This document shows positions 24,809 to 32,000 of a DNA stretch of 32,000 nt, in pieces. The translations under genes and the position numbers were made by a program. The notes below the pieces were generated by a model. It saw only the letters and a list, made by a program, of their open reading frames with translations, was not told where the DNA came from and did no database searches. Source of the DNA: an uncultured Candidatus Saccharibacteria bacterium. GTDB lineage: Bacteria > Patescibacteriota > UBA1384 > XYA2-FULL-43-10 > 1-14-0-10-43-13. The stretch spans positions 600,001 through 632,000 of the forward strand of contig CAZIYE010000001.1 in the NCBI GenBank assembly GCA_964543385.1, given 5' to 3'. Within the stretch, counting starts at the first letter, position 1. Every line of letters begins with the position of its first letter.

Positions 24809-25603
24809 CTAAACGGTGTCTATGTCTTTCTTCCGATATATCCAGTAGCTTGCAATGACGGCAACAATAATGAAGACAAATTCGATAATCAAAAATATGC
24901 TTTCATAGCTGCCATTCTTATTAATATATTTTGGGTCGAAATATTGAAAAGGAGTAAAATATCTCAATCCCTTTTCTTCTGTGGTCGCTGCAAAAGCATT
25001 GATAACAAAGAAACTAAATACAGTACTGAGTGAAACAGCAATCACTGATTTTATCTTGGGAAAATTAACAGCAAATAGAACTCCTATCGTCAAGAATATC
25101 AGCTGCACAAAAAACAGTGAAAGAGATGTCAGTATGAAGTTTTTCATATCAAATCCGGAGCTGACAGCCTGCGCCATGACGATTGCAACTGTGAGATAAA
25201 CAATGTTAGTAATTATTAAAGAAGTTAGTGTTGCTAAAAGTTTCATCGACAGAATCTTGGTTCTGCTGACAGGCTTTGTCAGTAGAAAGTCAGCTGTTTT
25301 CTCCCGCATTTCTTTTGAGATAGCAGAAGTGCCAAGATTCATTGCTTGAATTCCGCCACAGAGCAGAATATAGAGGAAAAAGTAGGCATAAAATCCGGGG
25401 ATTGTAGCGATATTGTCGATCGAAATACCAACCGCTTTTCTTAGGGTTTCGGGATAACCTGCGAGCAAATCTTTAATCACTTCAGCATTATGGGCGAAGG
25501 AGGGGAAAAGTGAAAGAAAAAAGATAGCCAGCAAAGCAAGGGAGCAAGACCAAATAATTGTTGATTTTCTATTCGATCTTAATTCATGCCAAAAAATATT
25601 CAT
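24809..25603 (-). CDS. ABC-2 type transporter permease
   Basis: MNIFWHELRSNRKSTIIWSCSLALLAIFF plus further TM helices. Its start lies 1 nt after the ATPase stop. Confidence 0.75.
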   Translation of the reverse strand: MNIFWHELRSNRKSTIIWSCSLALLAIFFLSLFPSFAHNAEVIKDLLAGYPETLRKAVGISIDNIATIPGFYAYFFLYILLCGGIQAMNLGTSAISKEMREKTADFLLTKPVSRTKILSMKLLATLTSLIITNIVYLTVAIVMAQAVSSGFDMKNFILTSLSLFFVQLIFLTIGVLFAVNFPKIKSVIAVSLSTVFSFFVINAFAATTEEKGLRYFTPFQYFDPKYINKNGSYESIFLIIEFVFIIVAVIASYWIYRKKDIDTV

Positions 25604-25604
25604 C

Positions 25605-26492
25605 TCATTCTCCTTTTTGGTAATAATGCATGAATATCTCCTCTAAGTCTGGTTCCTCAATCAGAATATTGAGGATGTTTATACCTGAAATTTTCTTGAG
25701 AATAGTATTTATATTGCCGCTAAAAACAAAAGTTACAGATTTGCCTTTAATATCTAGGTCTTTTAGGCCATGAATCTTGAAGAAGCTATGGTCGATATCA
25801 TCAGCCAATTCGATTCTAAATCGTTTGAAATTATTTTCCATCAAAGTAGAGATTTTCTCTATCTTTACTATCTTTCCTTCTTTGATGATTGCCACTCTAC
25901 CACAAAGCCGCTGGACTTCTCCCAAGATATGGGATGAGAATAAAATTGTAGCGCCCCTCTTATTTTCTTCTCTCAGTAGTTCAAAAAACTTTTGTTGCAT
26001 CAGGGGATCAAGTCCGCTGGTCGGCTCATCAAGAATAATAAGCCTTGGCTCATGTAAGAGGCCTTGGACGATCCCGACTTTCTTCTTATTACCGAGAGAG
26101 AGATCATCAATCTTTTTATTTAGATCCAGGTCCATGATTTCAGCGAGCTCTTTTATCCTTTTACTGCAATCCTTTTTGTAAAAACTTGCGGAATAATTTA
26201 ATAGGTCAATTACTTTCATGCCATCATAATAAAAAACTTCAGAGGGAAGATAGCCGATCTCTTTTTTGACCTCCGGGCCAAAATCAATTATATCCTTCCC
26301 AAAAATATTTGCGCTACCACTAGTTGGGTAAATCAAGGATAGGAGAGTCCTGATGGTAGTTGATTTTCCTGCCCCATTTGGGCCGATAAAGCCAAAAATC
26401 TCACCCTCTTCGATGCTTAGATTAACATCAACAATACCACGTGACTTTCCATAGCTCTTTGTAAGATTCTTTGTCTCAATAGCATTCATCAT
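25605..26492 (-). CDS. ABC transporter ATP-binding protein (ABC-2/drug-exporter type with C-terminal accessory domain)
   Basis: Walker A GPNGAGKSTT, signature LSLGNKKKV, Walker B LIILDEPTSGLD, H-loop SSHIL. GGAGG (26496-26500) precedes tandem ATGs at 26492 and 26489. The track's longer N-terminus looks spurious. Confidence 0.9.
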   Translation of the reverse strand: MMNAIETKNLTKSYGKSRGIVDVNLSIEEGEIFGFIGPNGAGKSTTIRTLLSLIYPTSGSANIFGKDIIDFGPEVKKEIGYLPSEVFYYDGMKVIDLLNYSASFYKKDCSKRIKELAEIMDLDLNKKIDDLSLGNKKKVGIVQGLLHEPRLIILDEPTSGLDPLMQQKFFELLREENKRGATILFSSHILGEVQRLCGRVAIIKEGKIVKIEKISTLMENNFKRFRIELADDIDHSFFKIHGLKDLDIKGKSVTFVFSGNINTILKKISGINILNILIEEPDLEEIFMHYYQKGE

Positions 26493-26573
26493 CCGCCTCC
26501 GATTCAATATTTTAGTATAGATACATTCTATTATCAATTGGCAATAATTTTCAATCATTCGTTTTACAGTAAT

Positions 26574-26599
26574 AAAAAAACCATAAATAATTTTTACGG
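26574..26599 (-). terminator. Weak AT-rich hairpin terminator after the CYTH gene
   Basis: The minus strand reads CCGTAAA-AATTA-TTTATGG followed by T7 (7-bp stem including one G-U). Confidence 0.35.
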
Positions 26600-26662
26600 C
26601 CTTTCTTTATATACGAACTAGTTTCAGAATTTTTTTTATGGCGGGGACGTTCCAGTCTAGAA

Positions 26663-27214
26663 CTATCTGATATTTGCCTTATTGTTTAATTCATAAATCA
26701 GTGTGGCATAACCCTTGGATATCTGATCATCCTTTTTTATACCCAAAGTCTCCAAAAATTCAAACAATTCATTTTTAATTCTTCCCGTGTCTTTCTCGGT
26801 GGTCATTCTTTCTACTTCAACAAAGAAACCCAATCCTTCTATGTCATCAAGGCAGATTTCCATGTTATTATGTTTACCCTTGATTCTTTTTTTGGACACA
26901 CATAAAACTTCATGAAAGCCTAATAATTTCAGCATTTCATTTGCTTGGTCGGGGCTATCGATGACAAGCTCGTGTTCAATATTTTCAAATTCGGTATCCA
27001 ATTGTTCTTTGATTGTAAAAATATGCTTACCATTGGAATTTCTGATTCTAGCAAAAAGTGTTCCTTTTGTTTTGTCTGGAAATTCTACTCCAATAGGAAG
27101 ATATATTCTGTCTTTTTGAATTAATGGTTCAGAAAAAACACAACCTAACTTAGTTAAATTGGATTGAATTTCTGCAAAACCCGAAACCTTTGCTTTAATC
27201 TCTACTTCTGTCAT
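26663..27214 (-). CDS. CYTH-domain protein (CyaB-like class IV adenylyl cyclase / triphosphatase family)
   Basis: Starts MTEVEIKAKV (canonical ExExK), then ARIRNSNGKHIFTIK and GFFVEVE. The first 34 codons of the track ORF are the translated tRNA gene and are excluded. Confidence 0.75.
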   Translation of the reverse strand: MTEVEIKAKVSGFAEIQSNLTKLGCVFSEPLIQKDRIYLPIGVEFPDKTKGTLFARIRNSNGKHIFTIKEQLDTEFENIEHELVIDSPDQANEMLKLLGFHEVLCVSKKRIKGKHNNMEICLDDIEGLGFFVEVERMTTEKDTGRIKNELFEFLETLGIKKDDQISKGYATLIYELNNKANIR

Positions 27215-27250
27215 AAAATAAAGTCTTAATAACAAAATTCCTTTTCTAAC

Positions 27251-27338
<88 letters not shown>

Positions 27339-27355
27339 GTATCAAGTAAATCAAG

Positions 27356-27388
27356 TTGAATAATATCATTTTAAGCGTTATTATTCAA
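27356..27388. promoter_or_regulatory. Palindromic divergent promoter pair (tRNA-Ser leftward, alr rightward)
   Basis: TTGAATAATA (27356-27365), 13 nt, TATTATTCAA (27379-27388). Because of the 10-bp inverted repeat, each strand reads TTGAAT-17 nt-TATTAT. Confidence 0.4.
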
Positions 27389-27420
27389 TTGACATACGAA
27401 TTAACATAAATAGGAACAAA

Positions 27421-28557
27421 ATGAGGGAAGTTGACCATAAGGGTATTAGGACTTGGATTGAAGTCGATAAAAAATCATTAGAGGCAAATTATAAGGTTTT
27501 CAGAAATTTAATTGGCAAAGATTGTAAGCTAATGACGGTTGCCAAATCAAACGCATATGGTCATGGTTTTGTAGACTATGCTCATCATTTTGAAAATCTT
27601 GGCACGGATTGGATCGGAATCGACTCAATCGTCGAGGGCATGAAATTACGCAAAAATGGCATAAAAACTCCGATGTTGGTGCTTGGGTACACTCTACCCG
27701 AAGTTTTCGTCGAGGCTGCGGAAAACAATATCAGTATCACAGTCTCAAATTTTGAATGTCTAGAAAGTCTTGCAAGATTCGAAAGTGATCATAAACCGAA
27801 AGTGCATATAAAGGTTGATACTGGTATGCATCGCCAAGGTTTCTTCCTGGAGGAGATGGAAAAAGTATTAGAACTACTAAAGAGGAATAGCAGTATTAAA
27901 TTTGAGGGTCTATATACTCATTTTGCAGCTGCCAAAAACCCAGCCTTTCCTGGCGATACAAAGAAACAAATAGAAGAATTTGATAAAGTAATAAAAATTG
28001 TTCAAGAGGCTGGATTTAATCCAATCAAGCATGCCGCTGCTACATCTGGCACAATTATCTTCCCGGAATCTCGTTATGACATGGTAAGAATTGGTATAGG
28101 CTTGATGGGTCTATGGTCCTCTCCCGAGACCAGATCAGCTTTTGAAGATCATATCAGTCTATCACCAGCCTTATCTTGGAAAACGATAATTTCGGAGATA
28201 AAGTTAGTTAAAAAAGGTGAGAGAATCGGCTATGGTTTCACAGAGCTCTTAAGAAGAGACTCAAAAATAGCTATTTTACCTGTTGGTTACTGGCATGGCT
28301 TTAAGTGGTCATTATCGAGCATCGGACACGTGATTATCAGGGGGAAAAAGGCTCGCGTTTCAGGTAAGGTATCTATGGATATGATTACTATCGATATTAC
28401 CGATATTAAAGATGCAAAAGTCGGGGACGTTGTTACTCTAATCGGTAGCGATGGCAAATCAGAAATTGATGTCGATGAAATGGCTTTGTTATCTAGCTCA
28501 TATAACTATGAAGTTATTACCCAATTAAATCCATTGATGAAACGCATATATAAATAA
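27421..28557 (+). CDS. alr: Alanine racemase
   Basis: PLP-lysine motif VAKSNAYGHG, plus ILPVGYWHGF and VSMDMITIDIT. Confidence 0.92.
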   Translation: MREVDHKGIRTWIEVDKKSLEANYKVFRNLIGKDCKLMTVAKSNAYGHGFVDYAHHFENLGTDWIGIDSIVEGMKLRKNGIKTPMLVLGYTLPEVFVEAAENNISITVSNFECLESLARFESDHKPKVHIKVDTGMHRQGFFLEEMEKVLELLKRNSSIKFEGLYTHFAAAKNPAFPGDTKKQIEEFDKVIKIVQEAGFNPIKHAAATSGTIIFPESRYDMVRIGIGLMGLWSSPETRSAFEDHISLSPALSWKTIISEIKLVKKGERIGYGFTELLRRDSKIAILPVGYWHGFKWSLSSIGHVIIRGKKARVSGKVSMDMITIDITDIKDAKVGDVVTLIGSDGKSEIDVDEMALLSSSYNYEVITQLNPLMKRIYK

Positions 28558-30287
28558 TGATTGATCAAGTCGCTGAAGTTAAAGAGAGGGTGGACATAAT
28601 AGAGATTATCTCTACCTATTTAACGTTGAAAAAAGCAGGTGCCAATTTCAAAGCAGCTTGTCCATTTCATAATGAAAAGACGCCATCCATGATGATCTCT
28701 CCAGAAAGACAAACTTTCAAATGTTTTGGTTGTGGCGAGGGGGGAGATGTTATTACATTTGTCGAAAAAATAGAGGGTCTCGACTTTTACAATGCATTAA
28801 AACTTTTAGCTGAAAGAGCTGGTGTCGAATTAAAAACCCAATCAGTAAAGTTTGGCAATAAGGAGTATAAGGCTGATAAAAAAACTAGAACATTCGAAAT
28901 AAATGAATGGGCTAAAAAAGTCTATCATTATATTTTATTGAGTGATAAAAATGCTGAAAATGCTCGAAAATATCTTGAGAAAAGGGGATTAACACTAGAA
29001 ACAATCAAGAATTTTGAGATCGGTTATGCTCCTGATTCATGGGATTTTACTATCAAATATCTGAACAAAAAGGGATATACAGATGAGGAGATATTGGAAG
29101 CTGGCATCGCCACCAAGAGTGAGAGAGGCAAAATATTTGACCGTTTTCGAGGACGGATTATGTTCCCTATCAATAATATAATGGGAAATACAATCGCGTT
29201 CACTTCTAGAGTTTTAAGTGACGACGGCAAGCAGGCAAAATATATTAACTCTGCCGAGTCCTCAATCTATGTAAAAGGTAAGACTATATATGGTCTTGAT
29301 AAAGCCAAATTGGCAATCAGGGAAAAGGACTTAGCTATTATGGTTGAAGGCAATATGGATGTAATATCTTGTCATCAGGCCAATTTCAATAATGTTGTCG
29401 CTACTTCTGGTACGGCATTGACGATCGATCAATTAAAGATACTATCAAGATACGCCGGAGAGATCGCCTTTTGTTTTGATAGCGATAATGCAGGCCAGAC
29501 TGCAATGAAACGAGCTATTCGGATGGCAATGCAAAATGATGTTGCGATAAAGATTATCTCGACTGTTCCTTACAAGGATGCTGATGAAGCGATAAAGGTT
29601 GATCCGAAAAATTGGGAAAAGGCAGTCAAAAGTGCTCGTCCGGCTTTAGAATATTGGATTGACGCTCTTGCCGGTGTCAATCCAGCGTTAGAGGTGAACG
29701 ATAAGAAAAAAATTGCCAAGGAGATCTTGCCGATAATTAAAATAATTTTTTCTGATATCGAGAAAGAGCACTATATCAAATACCTGGCAGATAAATTGGC
29801 CACATCCGAGAGTTCCTTAATTGACGCGTTAGATAAATCAAAGCGCGATTCGGAATTTACTAAATTAGATAAGTCTGTAATCCCCGACAAAGAGGGATTG
29901 AGCATTCCTGAAAGGATCCTTGGGTTTTTGTGGGCAGAGCCAAGTTTATTGGATAAAGTTACAAATCAACTAGAGAATATTGCGATTGATGACAAATATG
30001 CTCCATTGTTGGAGATGGTAAAAAGTGGCAATATTGACCGCGACAAGATAAAACCGGAGTTTTCATCCGTGTATGATCAGCTCTCTCTTCAGGTAATTGC
30101 CGATATAGATCCATCCGCTGATCTTGCGATACAAGAAGAGCTATTATATTTATTGGGGAGGCAAAAATCAGAGAAAAAGGAAAACATCAAAGAAGAGTTC
30201 GCTAGGAAAATCAAAGTAGCCGAACGTGCGGGAGACAAAGAGAAGTTAAGGGAGCTTCTAGTCGAGTTCTCTGCCTTGATAAAGTAG
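28557..30287 (+). CDS. dnaG: DNA primase
   Basis: Zinc finger CPFHNEKTPSMMISPERQTFKCFGCGEGGDVITF, RNA-polymerase core, and TOPRIM MVEGNMDVIS ... FDSDNAGQTA. Its ATG overlaps the alr stop (TAATG). Confidence 0.93.
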   Translation: MIDQVAEVKERVDIIEIISTYLTLKKAGANFKAACPFHNEKTPSMMISPERQTFKCFGCGEGGDVITFVEKIEGLDFYNALKLLAERAGVELKTQSVKFGNKEYKADKKTRTFEINEWAKKVYHYILLSDKNAENARKYLEKRGLTLETIKNFEIGYAPDSWDFTIKYLNKKGYTDEEILEAGIATKSERGKIFDRFRGRIMFPINNIMGNTIAFTSRVLSDDGKQAKYINSAESSIYVKGKTIYGLDKAKLAIREKDLAIMVEGNMDVISCHQANFNNVVATSGTALTIDQLKILSRYAGEIAFCFDSDNAGQTAMKRAIRMAMQNDVAIKIISTVPYKDADEAIKVDPKNWEKAVKSARPALEYWIDALAGVNPALEVNDKKKIAKEILPIIKIIFSDIEKEHYIKYLADKLATSESSLIDALDKSKRDSEFTKLDKSVIPDKEGLSIPERILGFLWAEPSLLDKVTNQLENIAIDDKYAPLLEMVKSGNIDRDKIKPEFSSVYDQLSLQVIADIDPSADLAIQEELLYLLGRQKSEKKENIKEEFARKIKVAERAGDKEKLRELLVEFSALIK

Positions 30288-30350
30288 CACTAAAATGGTA
30301 AAGTCAATACTAACTAATAAATAAGAGGGATACTGCGGATCTACGATCTG

Positions 30351-30419
30351 TTGTCATTCCGGACATGATCCGGAATCTTCAAGTTGTTGCTAGATCTTGA
30401 ATCAAGTTCAAGATGACAA
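30351..30419 (+). other. Nested inverted repeats in the dnaG-rpoD spacer (possible processing or attenuation structure)
   Basis: TTCCGGA (30357-30363) pairs with TCCGGAA (30369-30375). ATCTTGAA (30394-30401) pairs with TTCAAGAT (30407-30414). Both are enclosed by TTGTCA (30351-30356) / TGACAA (30414-30419). No T-run follows. Confidence 0.35.
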
Positions 30420-30453
30420 TGTTTTAGGTCGGAACCTGCGGTTTAGGAGTTTA

Positions 30454-31575
30454 ATGGCAAAAAAAATTTTTGTTCCCAAGAAGGAAGAAATTCTTACTTT
30501 TTCCGAGGCAGTTAATGATCTCTTAATGAAAGGCCGTGCTCACGGCTATATTTCTATGCAAGAGATGATCCAGGCAATATCAGAACCCGAAGAAAATGTC
30601 GAAGAGTTGGATATGATTTTCGATTACATGTACCGCAAGGGTATAGAGTTCAAAGAAGAAGTAGAAAAACCAAAAGGAATTTTAGCTTCTGTTATGCAAG
30701 CCAAGAAAGAAAAAGGTTTGTTGGAAGAGCTGGGTTTAGGGGATATTGCAGACGACTCGGTCCGAATGTATTTGCGTGAAATTGGCAAGATTAATCTCTT
30801 GACGAATGAAGAAGAAGTCAAGCTTGCAAAGAGAGTCGAAAGAGGAGACATCTGGGCTAAAAAAAGATTGGCTGAAGCAAATTTGCGCTTAGTAGTATCA
30901 ATTGCGAAAAAATATATTGGTAGAGGACTCTCTCTGCTTGATCTAATCCAAGAAGGGAATACTGGTTTGATGAGGGCGGTGGATAAATTTGACTATCGAA
31001 AAGGGTTTAAGTTTTCGACTTACGCTACCTGGTGGATCAGACAGGCTATTACTCGCGCTATTGCTGATCAAGCTAGAACAATTCGCATTCCTGTACACAT
31101 GATTGAAACTATTAATAAGCTCATTCGAGTTGAAAGACAGCTCGTCCAAGATCTTGGTCGTGAACCTACTCCGGAAGAAATCGCTCAGGAAATGGGTCTT
31201 GATGTAGATAAAGTTGAACATATTATAAAAATCTCTCAAGAAACAGTCTCACTAGAGGCACCGGTTGGCGAAGAAGAAGATTCTAGGCTTGGTGATTTCA
31301 TCGAGGATACTAAACATGTTTCACCTGAAGAGCAGACCTCTCAGACATTGTTAAAAGACAAAATTCAAGAATTCCTAAATGGCTTGCAGCCACGTGAGCA
31401 AAAAATATTGAAAATGCGTTTTGGCCTAGAAGACGGCAGAACTCACACTCTCGAAGAAGTAGGTCAAGAATTCGGAGTTACTCGTGAACGTATTCGACAA
31501 ATTGAGGCGAAAGCTTTGTCGAAATTAAAAAAAGCTGAACGTTCAGCTGATCTCGAAGAATATTTACAGGGGTAA
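30454..31575 (+). CDS. rpoD: Primary-type RNA polymerase sigma factor (sigma70 family)
   Basis: Region 2 [54 protein letters not shown], region 3, and region 4 [25 protein letters not shown] prefer the ATG at 30454 (TAGGAG RBS) over the track's TTG at 30397. Confidence 0.93.
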   Translation: MAKKIFVPKKEEILTFSEAVNDLLMKGRAHGYISMQEMIQAISEPEENVEELDMIFDYMYRKGIEFKEEVEKPKGILASVMQAKKEKGLLEELGLGDIADDSVRMYLREIGKINLLTNEEEVKLAKRVERGDIWAKKRLAEANLRLVVSIAKKYIGRGLSLLDLIQEGNTGLMRAVDKFDYRKGFKFSTYATWWIRQAITRAIADQARTIRIPVHMIETINKLIRVERQLVQDLGREPTPEEIAQEMGLDVDKVEHIIKISQETVSLEAPVGEEEDSRLGDFIEDTKHVSPEEQTSQTLLKDKIQEFLNGLQPREQKILKMRFGLEDGRTHTLEEVGQEFGVTRERIRQIEAKALSKLKKAERSADLEEYLQG

Positions 31576-31624
31576 TATAGAATATTATAAATTATAGCCA
31601 GAGAAATTAGGTTAATATCTTTTC

Positions 31625-32000
31625 ATGTCTATTAACGATATTAGGGGCAAAAAAGTTTTAATCACTGGCGGCACTACTGGTATCGGTCGTGCAACGGCTG
31701 TGTTGTTGGCAAAAAATGGCGCCGATGTATTTATATTTGGTCGTCATCAGAATTTTCTGGATGAAGCTCTTTTTGATATTAGAAGAATTGCAAAGAGAGA
31801 AGTATCCGGTATGGTTGCGGATGTGGCTGACCATGAATCGATAAAAAGAGTTTTTACAAATATAAAAGAACTCTGGGGCAAGATTGATGTTCTGGTAAAT
31901 AACGCTGCTCTTCCAGCCGAAAGCGTTAATAATTCTGATTACGAATATGTCCAATATGTAATCAAAGTAAATATTGCAGGATATCTTCTCTGCTCAAAAT
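31625..32000 (+). CDS. Short-chain dehydrogenase/reductase (SDR), N-terminal part (3' end outside window)
   Basis: My translation from the ATG at 31625 is MSINDIRGKKVLITGGTTGIGRATAVLLAKNGADVFIFGR...IDVLVNNAAL (TGxxxGIG and NNAA motifs). The frame stays open to the window edge. It is absent from the track because no stop is reached. Confidence 0.78.
   Translation, partial: MSINDIRGKKVLITGGTTGIGRATAVLLAKNGADVFIFGRHQNFLDEALFDIRRIAKREVSGMVADVADHESIKRVFTNIKELWGKIDVLVNNAALPAESVNNSDYEYVQYVIKVNIAGYLLCSK

Overview
Low-GC (about 35-40% by eye), tightly packed bacterial chromosome segment using the standard genetic code: TAA, TAG and TGA all terminate well-supported genes. I found no rRNA, CRISPR array, transposase or integrase. 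The small, compact genes (RNase J, PEP synthase, short RpoD, many DMT transporters) are reminiscent of a reduced-genome lineage such as Patescibacteria/CPR, but the window alone cannot establish that.

The window has three blocks:
- (1) nt 1-10647, plus strand, housekeeping: UDG fragment, RNase J, FtsK, RodZ-like protein, RecA, RecX, PEP synthase, and a membrane-anchored orphan.
- (2) nt 10763-27338, a 16.5-kb block entirely on the minus strand that ends at tRNA-Ser(GGA). It holds the accessory content: an ABC-2 exporter, a histidine phosphatase, a tandem double Ddl, a Cys-type alpha/beta hydrolase, and a long operon. That operon encodes an MccF/LdcA-like S66 peptidase, two DMT transporters, NUDIX, an HD-GNAT fusion, HAD, CYTH and MazG. 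It is bracketed by two GC-elevated small ORFs missing from the ORF track. Downstream lie a second HD hydrolase, a third DMT transporter and two membrane proteins.
- (3) nt 27421-32000, plus strand: alr-dnaG-rpoD and a truncated SDR.

The best candidate for something undescribed is the nucleotide-phosphohydrolase / GNAT / MccF-like / DMT operon (about 13.57-20.08 kb) with its unlisted zinc-ribbon gene and its TAG-interrupted leader ORF. The tandem Ddl and the adjacent exporter cluster come second. All functional interpretations of these clusters are inference from domain motifs read by eye.
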